This document shows positions 52,992-62,358 of a DNA stretch of 64,000 bases, in pieces. The stretch's first letter is position 1; every line of letters begins with the position of its first letter. The position numbers were made by a program, and so were the translations under genes. This stretch comes from Candidatus Poribacteria bacterium (GTDB lineage Bacteria > Poribacteria > WGA-4E > WGA-3G), in the NCBI GenBank assembly GCA_965198235.1, contig OZ240248.1, positions 3,776,001 to 3,840,000 of the forward strand. The letters run 5' to 3'. Under the pieces are notes generated by a model. The model was not told the origin of the DNA. It searched no databases and worked only from the letters and a program-made list of their open reading frames with translations.

Positions 52992-54989
52992 TCACTCCAC
53001 TCGTTTGATTTCTGCCCAGGTTGTCGTCAACCTGTTTTTCGGACTGACGGGTTTTGCGTCGACAAGGCGTATAAGTGCCTCAGAGACGACATCGGCAAGC
53101 GGCAACCCATCCCCGAGAATCTCATCGCTCTCCTGCGACCTATAGAAACCGAGGATCGTTCCTGTCTTCTCATGAAATAAAATGGAGCCGTCCGAGACGC
53201 TGTTCGCAGGTCCGCAGGTGTGCTGCCAGAGATCCAATGCTCCCAATCCCGCATGCGGCACGGAGACACACCTCCGCACCCGAAGCGGTAATGCCAACGC
53301 CTCACCCTGATCCGCTCCTTTCAGCATAATCCCCGAACCGAACTTATACGTCAATAACTCTACATCCGTCTCCCTTAAGTTCGGATACAATGACAACGCA
53401 AGCGGGGCATACCCCGAGAAGTCTACATCTCGGATTGCCAAAAGCACGCTCCCTGTCTCGCCATTGCCACCCGGAAACGATGCCAACGTCCTCACCTTGA
53501 CATCCTCGGCAACCAACCCATCATACCCCACCAGAGAAATATCATCTTGATCGAGGAACTGCTCTACGCTATTTTCTTCTCGTTGCTGTGCGATGAACAA
53601 TGCGTCTCCACCCAGCACCGTTCCGAGATATCCAGCGTGGAAAAGCCGTGATTGGTCGGGACCCGGCACCAGCAGATAAAACACAGAGCGATAATTCGCA
53701 ATCGAGGTCGCGTCTATCTCCCGCCACGCAGCTTCACGCGGTTCCTGCGTCAGTAGCAACTCCACGATACGTTTGTTTCCCTGTGTTACCGCTTCCTTCA
53801 GGGGTGTGTTGCCACCCGCACCCCTGATATTTACGTCAACCGCCTTGTGCTTGACGAGCCGTTCCGCTGCACCGTAAGACCCACGCGTCGCCGCCCAGAA
53901 CAACGCCGTGCTTCCCTCCGCATCTTTCGCGTTGACCTCAATATCCTTATGCCAAAGAAGCTTCTCCATCAGTTTTGGATACCCTTTCATCGCCGCATAA
54001 TGCAGTGCCGTCAAACCCGTCTCGTCTCTGGCGTTGACATCGGTGTTTTCATCTTCATCGATGACCTTGATAGCCATCATGGCCTCAGTGTTGTGTTTAA
54101 TTTCAAAGAGAAGCGGAGACTTCGGACGACACCCATCGGGAGATGTCTCTAACTCATAATCAGGGAAGATACAATCTTCGAGGGGCAGATTTTCGTGATA
54201 GAACTTGTAGAGCCAGACGATCCCGTTGGCATCATCCTGACTGACGCGGGTGGGAAGAGGAGGCGGGACGTTGCCACCCGCCATCACCGAAGCGGGTTGG
54301 TGACCGATCGTTCTATCCAGTCCTCCCCTACTGACTCTTAATTCTTCCGCCTCTCGCCTCAGTATTATATACGTGTCCCCTAAACCGAAGGCGTGACCGA
54401 TCTCGTGCAGGAGAGCGCCTGAAAATCTTGGATCCACATCCGTGCCCTCACGCATATTAAGTGCTGGGGGGATCGCCATATCCACCCCTACCAACGCAAC
54501 CGATCTCCCAGCCTTGCAGAAGAAAAAGATTCTCAAGTCATATAACTGAAGTTTAGCCGTATCTTTGACGAAAATTCCATTCTTATCCTTGATGAGAACT
54601 TCAGCCCCGTCTCTTATGAAAAAATTCGGCACAAAGCGAAAGTCAGAGACGACGGGTTTGCCGGTATTCAAGTCCCGGACGGGTTGTAACCATGCGTTCA
54701 AGGCTTGGGTGATGACTTCCTCTATCGCCTCACCGTTGTGTCTTGCCTCCGGTGGGCAATCGCCCATATACGCATAGCCAATCACCCACTGATCCTTATG
54801 CACACGACGGATGAGGTTGTTGCGTTTTCCTATGAATTCTTCTCTGGTTCTATGGTCAAACGCCCTAAATCCGTCCGCTGTGGGGGCACTGCTGAACAAC
54901 ACGCCTATCGCCACCGCAAGCGTCAGGAGCATCTGCGCGCCTTGTAGGAGGGATTTGTAATCCCGATGCTTCTTTTTGAAAGGGTTCAT
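52992..54989 (-). CDS. Secreted metzincin metalloprotease + ankyrin repeats + degenerate trypsin-like domain + C-terminal motif (paralog 2)
   Basis: HEIGHAFGLGD, SVMAG; ankyrins; long blocks identical to 25262-27235. Confidence 0.85.
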   Translation of the reverse strand: MNPFKKKHRDYKSLLQGAQMLLTLAVAIGVLFSSAPTADGFRAFDHRTREEFIGKRNNLIRRVHKDQWVIGYAYMGDCPPEARHNGEAIEEVITQALNAWLQPVRDLNTGKPVVSDFRFVPNFFIRDGAEVLIKDKNGIFVKDTAKLQLYDLRIFFFCKAGRSVALVGVDMAIPPALNMREGTDVDPRFSGALLHEIGHAFGLGDTYIILRREAEELRVSRGGLDRTIGHQPASVMAGGNVPPPLPTRVSQDDANGIVWLYKFYHENLPLEDCIFPDYELETSPDGCRPKSPLLFEIKHNTEAMMAIKVIDEDENTDVNARDETGLTALHYAAMKGYPKLMEKLLWHKDIEVNAKDAEGSTALFWAATRGSYGAAERLVKHKAVDVNIRGAGGNTPLKEAVTQGNKRIVELLLTQEPREAAWREIDATSIANYRSVFYLLVPGPDQSRLFHAGYLGTVLGGDALFIAQQREENSVEQFLDQDDISLVGYDGLVAEDVKVRTLASFPGGNGETGSVLLAIRDVDFSGYAPLALSLYPNLRETDVELLTYKFGSGIMLKGADQGEALALPLRVRRCVSVPHAGLGALDLWQHTCGPANSVSDGSILFHEKTGTILGFYRSQESDEILGDGLPLADVVSEALIRLVDAKPVSPKNRLTTTWAEIKRVE

Positions 54990-55532
54990 CTGTTTTTTGG
55001 CTCCTGTGTGTTGTGATGGGTTGTCGGTTGTCAGTTGTTCCTCGTCTGAATCGCGGATGACGCGGATGACGCAGATTGCGCGGATTTCGCGGATTTTGGG
55101 GTTTCTGTTTATTCAACGTCTATAGTGCAGCGTTGGGTTTCACTCGGTCTCTCGGCGATAGAGGCTGTATGGAAGCAGACATCGGTTTTCTTTGACGTGC
55201 TGGCGTTTTGGTTCCGTCCGTTCAACCCAACCTACGGTACTGTTAGCAGCCGGTTTCCATCAGCGGTCAGTAGGAATCGAGAAAGGTCGGGGAAACACCC
55301 AAGCAAAATACCCTTCCACAGGTATTGCAGATGATAACAGATTCTTATGAAAAGTCAAGGGGTCGCGATCAGGAGATCGTTCCTACAAGTTAACCCTCAG
55401 GTATCACCCGATGTAATACGCGTAAACCAATTAAACCCATTTGCGTTTTTAAAGTCAATTGCGTTATTATATTAAGTATCAGACGCATCAAGTTAAAATA
55501 GAATTTAGATCGAAAAGAGGAGTTACAATCCA

Positions 55533-56657
55533 GTGTGCCTTTTTATACGCAAAATCTTTATACTGCTTTTATGTCTTGCCATCTTTTTCCCCGGGGTGGC
55601 GCTTGCGGGACCCGGTCGGACAGGCGCGCAAATCTTGAACCTCGGTGGTGGCGCACGGGCGAGAGCACTCGGCGACGCGTTTTCTGCGATGTCCGGGGAT
55701 GTAACCACGACGCTCTGGAACCCAAGTGGTCTGGCAGATATGCCCGAAAGTAAATTCCGTTCTGGCAGAAAAGCGGCACAAGCCTCAATGTTTTATACAG
55801 ATTACAGCGCGCCTTTCGGAGAAGCAGGGGAAGGGTTATACTATACCTTCATCTCTGGCGCGATGCCACTCGGCGATGCCGGAACTATCGGCGCGACTCT
55901 CCAGATGCAAGGGCAGGGTACGATTGCTGTAACGACTGATTCCCCCGAAGTGCTTCGTGAGGAAAGTCTCGGCACCAACTTCGCGTTGACGTTCTCATAC
56001 GCCGACCGCATCACAGAGTCTTTATCGGCAGGAATCAACGGCAAAATGATTCGGATGGTGCTCGGACGTGAGAATGGAAGTTCTTATGCAGTTGATTTCG
56101 GAATGCAATATCTCCTTCCCTACGACCGCATCCCTACAACCTTCGGTGCCGCAATTCAGAACGTCGGCCCGGGTATCTCTTTTATTGATGAAAACCAAGC
56201 AGATCCCTTACCGCGGTTTTTGCGGATAGGTACTTCGATGAGCCTTTATCGGGCGAAGTATCACCACATTCGCCTCGTCAGCGGTATCACGGCTTATGTC
56301 GATAAATTGGCAGAGGATGAAAACGAATTAGCCGTTGATTTGGACCGGCTTAACGCCGAAAGAGAGGAAAAACTGACCCGAGAGCAACTGCTTTCCGATC
56401 GCGGGGTCGGTATCCGAGCATTTGAGTGGCGACACCTTCAAAAGAATCTCGGTTTGGAGTATTGGCTCGGTAACTTGCTCGCAATTCGGGTCGGCTATAA
56501 AGTTGAACCCGGTATTAACCTACCGAATTTAACGGATTATTTTACCGGGGGTATCGGTGTGAAGGTATACTTATTCAATCTCGATTTGAGTTACGGCCCC
56601 AGTTTCGGTCCGAACAATCAACGACTTATTGAGGCAACAGGGATAATCGTCTTTTAA
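55533..56657 (+). CDS. PorV/PorQ (UPF0164)-like outer-membrane beta-barrel
   Basis: Signal peptide then GAQILNLGGGARARALGDAFSA..D.....WNPSGLA; DPLPR.LR.G; GLEYW; C-terminal F. Confidence 0.8.
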   Translation: MCLFIRKIFILLLCLAIFFPGVALAGPGRTGAQILNLGGGARARALGDAFSAMSGDVTTTLWNPSGLADMPESKFRSGRKAAQASMFYTDYSAPFGEAGEGLYYTFISGAMPLGDAGTIGATLQMQGQGTIAVTTDSPEVLREESLGTNFALTFSYADRITESLSAGINGKMIRMVLGRENGSSYAVDFGMQYLLPYDRIPTTFGAAIQNVGPGISFIDENQADPLPRFLRIGTSMSLYRAKYHHIRLVSGITAYVDKLAEDENELAVDLDRLNAEREEKLTREQLLSDRGVGIRAFEWRHLQKNLGLEYWLGNLLAIRVGYKVEPGINLPNLTDYFTGGIGVKVYLFNLDLSYGPSFGPNNQRLIEATGIIVF

Positions 56658-56806
56658 GTCAGCAATTGGTTATCGGTTATCAGTTATCGGTTAAGAGGTT
56701 TTCGTCAGATCCAAAGTGGTAGCCTGCAACAACGGCGCAGGCGTGTTTAAGAGAGGCACACCAAAGACAGAACCCACGTTATTTCTCCGCAAGGTAAAAT
56801 TAAAAA

Positions 56807-57634
56807 ATGAAATTTAACGCCGAAATTATAATACTTGTGTTAATATTCTCTCTGTTGTCTAATATTTGCCTCGCTGCTGATAGCCTTCAGGCGCGACCGT
56901 TCACAGCTTTCTATCTCGATTCTGCGCTCGGAAGCCGGACGCTCACGGACCAATCCACTGTTGTTATGGAGGCGACCCAAGAGCTCCAGTCCCGGAAATC
57001 TCCAAACGAAGCGTTCCTTTATTCGCTCGTCATTCCCGGTATGGGACAACTCTATACAGGTGCGAAACGTGGTTATCTCTACGCCGCTGCAGAGGTCGGT
57101 TTGCTCGCGACCTATTTTGTTCTCCGAAACAATGCCACAAACACTCGAGAAAACTATCGCGATGTCGTCAGACAAAACGTTACTTTTATCGGTCCAGGCT
57201 CCTTTGAGGATTGGGATCCTATAGAGGATTTTGAACACGCCACACAATATGAAACATGGAACCACGACTATGATACGAAGAAGACCCAAAAGCGTACCGG
57301 CAAGTGGTATTGGGCGGATCTTGATCCAGACCTAAAAAACGAGAAACATAGAGATCTTGAGAAGAGCGATATTACTTCAAAATACCGATTGGAGGCCTTT
57401 AATTTGAGAGAAAAAGCCAACAATACTTTTGAACGCGCGAAATTCTTTTTGGGCTTGGCAATTTTGAACCATGTTGTGAGTGCAGTGGAAGCACGGATTA
57501 CAACCAAACGTTTCAATACCCACTTGCAAAGGACGTTGACACAGACACGAGTCAATACTCTTGAAATAGATTTACAAACTGACATGACGGCGGGGGCACT
57601 CACAGGTGCGCTCGTCCTACGGAAAAGGTTTTAA
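56807..57634 (+). CDS. Secreted/outer-membrane hypothetical protein (DUF5683-like)
   Basis: Signal peptide; KSP..AFLYSLVIPGMGQLY.G; NHVVSAVEA; ends in F. Confidence 0.6.
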   Translation: MKFNAEIIILVLIFSLLSNICLAADSLQARPFTAFYLDSALGSRTLTDQSTVVMEATQELQSRKSPNEAFLYSLVIPGMGQLYTGAKRGYLYAAAEVGLLATYFVLRNNATNTRENYRDVVRQNVTFIGPGSFEDWDPIEDFEHATQYETWNHDYDTKKTQKRTGKWYWADLDPDLKNEKHRDLEKSDITSKYRLEAFNLREKANNTFERAKFFLGLAILNHVVSAVEARITTKRFNTHLQRTLTQTRVNTLEIDLQTDMTAGALTGALVLRKRF

Positions 57635-57646
57635 AAGGGGGATTCT

Positions 57647-58585
57647 ATGCCATTAGAAATATCAAATCTTTTGGACACACTGAATTCGGTTACTGCGATT
57701 CCTATTGTCCCTTTCAACGGAGACAAGATTGATTACACCGGACACGCCAAAAACATTGACTATTTGATGCGCAACAACTATCTTGACGAAGGACGACAGC
57801 GTGTCATTGCCATCGCTGGCACAAGTCTGATCCATCATATCAGCGAAACCGAGCAGCTGCGTCTCATCGACCAAACCGGACGACAAATGGGAGATAACGG
57901 TATCCTCATGTCTGGCATTGTGCCCAATCCGATCCGTCAAGCCGGTCAACTCATTGAAGCACAGTCTGAACTCCATAGACCGCCAGATGTGTATTTGCTC
58001 ATGCCCTTGGCAGGAATCTCAAGCCCAGAGGGTATCTACCAACAGTATATGGAATTCGGTGAGAAATACGGCACTGCTTGTGGCGCACGGTTTCTCTACT
58101 ATTTCCGTCAGAAACGCGATATGGCAGCAGTCATTCGTCTCCTAAACGATTCACCCCATTTCGTCGGTGTGAAGATAGGGACAGGTGAAGGGGATGTTGC
58201 GCCACTCGTTGAGGGGGTCGGGGACAGCGGGATTGTGATGTGGGGTATCGGTGATAGATGTACCCGTCCTGCCCAACTGGGTGCGAGAGGGCATACCTCT
58301 GGTATTGCGGTAGCCTTTGCGCGTGCCTCTGATGAGATTAACAATGCACAACGCCGGGGTGATTACGAGACCTCTGCACGCATTGAAGCCGACATTGCAC
58401 CGCTTGAGGAGGTTCGTTTCATGAACGAGCGGGTCTATAACTATTCTGCTGTCGTTGAAGCGATGATCTTAAGCGGTTTTGACGATATTGCCGCTGGGAC
58501 GGGGGGTCCATTTAATCCGCGTGTTCCGTCAGAGATTCAGGAACACCTCCGCGGCGTGGCGCAAAACTTAAAACGGTATCATTAA
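57647..58585 (+). CDS. Divergent DHDPS/KDG dehydratase-like class I aldolase family protein
   Basis: TAIPIVPF..DKIDY, FLYY, Schiff-base K in VGVKIG, GHTSG. Confidence 0.7.
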   Translation: MPLEISNLLDTLNSVTAIPIVPFNGDKIDYTGHAKNIDYLMRNNYLDEGRQRVIAIAGTSLIHHISETEQLRLIDQTGRQMGDNGILMSGIVPNPIRQAGQLIEAQSELHRPPDVYLLMPLAGISSPEGIYQQYMEFGEKYGTACGARFLYYFRQKRDMAAVIRLLNDSPHFVGVKIGTGEGDVAPLVEGVGDSGIVMWGIGDRCTRPAQLGARGHTSGIAVAFARASDEINNAQRRGDYETSARIEADIAPLEEVRFMNERVYNYSAVVEAMILSGFDDIAAGTGGPFNPRVPSEIQEHLRGVAQNLKRYH

Positions 58586-58744
58586 CGTTTGCAGGCACAG
58601 GTCTTGTGCTGACAGCTGACTGCATTGAGTCTGAAAACTGTCCAAAGTTTAGCAAGGAGTTGGCGCTAATGACAAAATTGTTTAGATCCTTATCAGAAAA
58701 TTGCGTAAGTCCTAAGAACCACTAAAGATTCCTGGAGGAAAATC

Positions 58745-59335
58745 ATGACAACACGGGCAGTTCAAACATATCTCACGCCAGAGGAGTACATCACTTTAGA
58801 ACGCAAAGCGATACCTGATGCTGAAACAGTCAGAAGCGAATACATCAATGGAGAGATTATCAAAATGCCCGGAGCCAGTTTCGCACATAATTTGATGACT
58901 AACAATATCTCTGGTGAACTCCGCGCTCGCTTGAAGGGCAGTGAGTGTGCTGTTTTCGCGAATGACATGCGTATCAGCATTCCCACAGCAAAATCCTATT
59001 TTTATCCTGATGTTGGCGTTGTCTGTGAGGAACCCCGTTTTGAAGACGATGTCTTTGACACGCTTCTGAACCCGATTGTCATCGTAGAGGTGCTTTCACC
59101 TTCAACCGAAGCGTATGACAGAGGTGAAAAATTCGCCCACTATCGCCAAGTCACATCGTTGCAGGAATACGTCCTTGTGGCCCAAGACCAGATTCGTGTT
59201 GAACACTACCGCCGTCAAGAAAGGCAGTGGATTTTTACCGATTTTGAAAAACATGATGCGATTCTGTTGCTTCCTTCCATCCAGTGCGAATTACCCTTGC
59301 GGGAAATCTACGAACGCGTTACATTTTCTGATTAG
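58745..59335 (+). CDS. Uma2/DUF820 family endonuclease-like protein
   Basis: SEYINGEI..M.GAS..HN, YPDV.VVC, VEVLSPSTEAYDRGEKF..YR...SLQEYVLV. Confidence 0.92.
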   Translation: MTTRAVQTYLTPEEYITLERKAIPDAETVRSEYINGEIIKMPGASFAHNLMTNNISGELRARLKGSECAVFANDMRISIPTAKSYFYPDVGVVCEEPRFEDDVFDTLLNPIVIVEVLSPSTEAYDRGEKFAHYRQVTSLQEYVLVAQDQIRVEHYRRQERQWIFTDFEKHDAILLLPSIQCELPLREIYERVTFSD

Positions 59336-59375
59336 AAACGCTACAACGCAAATTACATGAAGTGAGATCTCCACT

Positions 59376-61088
59376 ATGTCGTATGATAGTTTAGCACTTC
59401 GTCTCGTCGTTGAAGAATTGCGTGAAACCCTTTTAGGTGGTACAATTCGACACATCGAACAGGCGAACCCCCATACCTTTTCATTTAGGGTAGGTCGCGG
59501 TGCCCAGACGGATTGGCTGACTTTATCGGCACATTCGTTGCATGCCCGCGCCCACCTCATCCAGAAACCGCCACCCGGACAAAAACAATCCTATCTGGCG
59601 GATTTTCTCACAACACATCTCAGACGTGGCACGATTACTGCGATTGAACAACTCGGTTGGGACCGGATACTCAAGATAATTGTTCAACCCGTTTCCGATG
59701 AACCGATACAGCCGTCCCCTAAAGCCGTTATCGCCGAATTTATGGGCAAACATAGCAATATTATCCTGATCGACGCAACCGACGACAGGATTTTAGAAAG
59801 TCTCAAACGTATTGACGAGACAATGAGCCGACATCGAGAGATCTTGCCCGGTGAAACTTATACTTTGCCACCACAGCAAGAGAAGTTAGATCCACTGATG
59901 CTGGATGAAGCAACGTTCACTGAACTTGTTGATGGACAAAAAGAGGTGGGTTGGCGGCAACTCTTTAACAAAATTGACGGTTTTAGTCCAACACTCGCAA
60001 AAGAGGTTGTCGCTCGGGCAGCGGAAACGGGACTCTGGGAAGCCTATCAACAGGTTATCGACCGTTTCGATGTGGCGCACGTTTCACCGCAACTCCTTAT
60101 GGATGGAGATGAACCGATTGCCGCCTCAGCTATGGTACTTCATCAGTTTCCGCATGCTTCCTCTCAAGCGTTTGACACAATGAGCGATGCGCTCGCCGCA
60201 TACTACGAGGCAGTCACCCTGAAGGAGAATATCGCTTCGGAACGCCGGACCCTCACGCAAGCGTTGACGAAACAGGAGAATCTACTCCAACGAAAAGCAG
60301 ATGGATTGCACGCCGATCTCGGACGGGCAGAGAAAGCGGAGGATTATCGCATTCAGGGTGAGTTGCTTCTCGCCAACCTACACGCTATCACCCGCGGACA
60401 GAAACAGGTAGCGTTGCAAAACTATTACAGTCCTGATCTCGAAATGTTGTCGATTCCGCTGAATCCGGAGCAAAGTCCGTCCGAAAACGCGCAGACCTAT
60501 TTCAAGAAATACACAAAAGCGAAACGGGGACGTTCACGCATCCAGCAGCTCGTTTCGGATATAGAGGCGGATCAGGAGACACTTCGACTGTACGCATCCA
60601 AATTAGAAGCCGCTGATACTCTAAATGCACTGCAGCGTCTACGCAAGGAATTCGTCGCGAACGGCTATCTCAGGGCACCGCAACGCGGCAAGCAGAAACA
60701 GGAAGTAGGCGACGGTCCTTTCCGAAGGTATACCTCTACCAACGGCTTCCAGATGTACGTTGGACGTAACAGTCAGTCTAACGACTTGCTCTTACGCCAA
60801 ATTGCCAAGCCCCGCGATATGTGGCTTCACGCCAAGCAGATTCACGGCTCACATGTCATTATCCGCAATCCAGAGAATCGTCCGGACATTCCGATGCCGA
60901 CGTTGTTACAAGCCGCGCAACTCGCTGCGTACTACAGTAAGGCACATCATGCCAGCAATGTGCCCGTTGACTATACGTGGGCGCGGTATGTCGTGAAGCG
61001 CAAGGGCAACGTCGCCGGTTATGTACATTACACGCGTGAGAAGACGTTATATGTCGAGCCTGCTGTGCCAAAATCGAAGGATAAATAA
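59376..61088 (+). CDS. rqcH: NFACT family ribosome quality-control protein (RqcH/FbpA)
   Basis: EFMGKHSNIIL, AQTYFKKYTKAKR, VGRNSQSND, WLHAKQIHGSHV, VPVDYT. Confidence 0.92.
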   Translation: MSYDSLALRLVVEELRETLLGGTIRHIEQANPHTFSFRVGRGAQTDWLTLSAHSLHARAHLIQKPPPGQKQSYLADFLTTHLRRGTITAIEQLGWDRILKIIVQPVSDEPIQPSPKAVIAEFMGKHSNIILIDATDDRILESLKRIDETMSRHREILPGETYTLPPQQEKLDPLMLDEATFTELVDGQKEVGWRQLFNKIDGFSPTLAKEVVARAAETGLWEAYQQVIDRFDVAHVSPQLLMDGDEPIAASAMVLHQFPHASSQAFDTMSDALAAYYEAVTLKENIASERRTLTQALTKQENLLQRKADGLHADLGRAEKAEDYRIQGELLLANLHAITRGQKQVALQNYYSPDLEMLSIPLNPEQSPSENAQTYFKKYTKAKRGRSRIQQLVSDIEADQETLRLYASKLEAADTLNALQRLRKEFVANGYLRAPQRGKQKQEVGDGPFRRYTSTNGFQMYVGRNSQSNDLLLRQIAKPRDMWLHAKQIHGSHVIIRNPENRPDIPMPTLLQAAQLAAYYSKAHHASNVPVDYTWARYVVKRKGNVAGYVHYTREKTLYVEPAVPKSKDK

Positions 61089-61101
61089 AGGGAATTTTTA
61101 T

Positions 61102-62238
61102 ATGGCTGATTTGAGAAACACGATTGCGCACATTTTTGAACACAAACAACACTTAGCAGGAGTTAATGAGGCGACCACCCAACAATATGTCGTTTTACCG
61201 ATTCTACGCGCTTTGGGATGGGATGATACCAATTTAGCATCTATGGATGTTATACCCGAATATAAGGTGGAGAATAGAAGGGCTGATTATGCTTTACACA
61301 TCCAACGGGAGCAGAATCCTGTGGTGTTGATTGAGTGTAAACGGTGGGATCAACCGATCGGAAAGAACGAGGAACAGATCTGCTTCTATGCCTATAGCGG
61401 AAATGTCCCACTGGCGATAATTACAAACGGTAAACTCTGGCGGTTTTATCTCTCTCGGTGGGAAGCCTCAAGTTTGAGTGACAGGATTTTTTGTGAAACA
61501 GATATTGAAAATCGAGAGGATGCTATCTCCAATTTGGAGAAATATCTTCTGAAGTCGAATGTGGCATCGGAGGAGGCGGAGCTCAACGCCTACATAGCAT
61601 TGGAAGAAAGTGAAGAGACTGATCCTTCAAAATCTAGCGCAGTTAATTCTGTAACTGGCCGTCCTAGTGATATAATTGATAGCACATTATCAAATCAAAA
61701 GGTAACAAATAATCGCAAATCTACGGAAAATGACACCAACGAGGGGACAATAGTGCGGGTTAAAGATTCATTATCCCAAGAACTTAGAAGCAACTATGAA
61801 AAAATATATCCTGAAGAGAGACTCAAGTTGTTTTACAGGGGCGTTGAAGGAGTACAAAATTTGATAGAAGAAAAGGGATGGAGACTAAATCCACCAAAAA
61901 TTTCAAACATGCTTTGTGGTTTTTGGCTAACCGATAAAGGGATTATAGGAAACATAAGAAGGGTATTTGGACTTCTGCCTGATGTTGGTTTTCCCACCGA
62001 GATTGTAGATAGAGATGGTGATTTAATTAAAAAGACGAGGGCTTCTATTCCACCGAGACTCTTTGTCCGGATAACGGAAGAAGAAGCAGAGGCATTGGAA
62101 CGTGAACATGATGGATGTGAATTTTGTGGTATCAGCAAGGATAAATCGGCGGATTACGTCTATTATGATATCCCTGAAAACATATCGGAACTCCTCCCTG
62201 TCCTTGAATTTGCCTATAACAAACATCGCGGGCAGTAA
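61102..62238 (+). CDS. HsdR_N-like (type I restriction enzyme R N-terminal) PD-(D/E)xK nuclease domain protein
   Basis: NEATT...VLPILRALGWD, PEY, ADYAL...LIECK, ITNG..WRFY; visibly AT-richer than neighbours. Confidence 0.75.
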   Translation: MADLRNTIAHIFEHKQHLAGVNEATTQQYVVLPILRALGWDDTNLASMDVIPEYKVENRRADYALHIQREQNPVVLIECKRWDQPIGKNEEQICFYAYSGNVPLAIITNGKLWRFYLSRWEASSLSDRIFCETDIENREDAISNLEKYLLKSNVASEEAELNAYIALEESEETDPSKSSAVNSVTGRPSDIIDSTLSNQKVTNNRKSTENDTNEGTIVRVKDSLSQELRSNYEKIYPEERLKLFYRGVEGVQNLIEEKGWRLNPPKISNMLCGFWLTDKGIIGNIRRVFGLLPDVGFPTEIVDRDGDLIKKTRASIPPRLFVRITEEEAEALEREHDGCEFCGISKDKSADYVYYDIPENISELLPVLEFAYNKHRGQ

Positions 62239-62358
62239 TTCCAATTCGCTCACATCACAAATACCTTCCAAGCCACCCACCAAAATTTGTAGACATCAAC
62301 TTATAATCCTGTTATACTATCCTCACAAACGAATAGGAAGTGAATTTGATGCAAGCAC

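Noticed and set aside
25262-54989. Diversity-generating retroelement (TR/VR) relation between the two protease paralogs
   Set aside because: Differences include indels and all base types across the gene rather than adenine-specific changes; no reverse transcriptase in the window.
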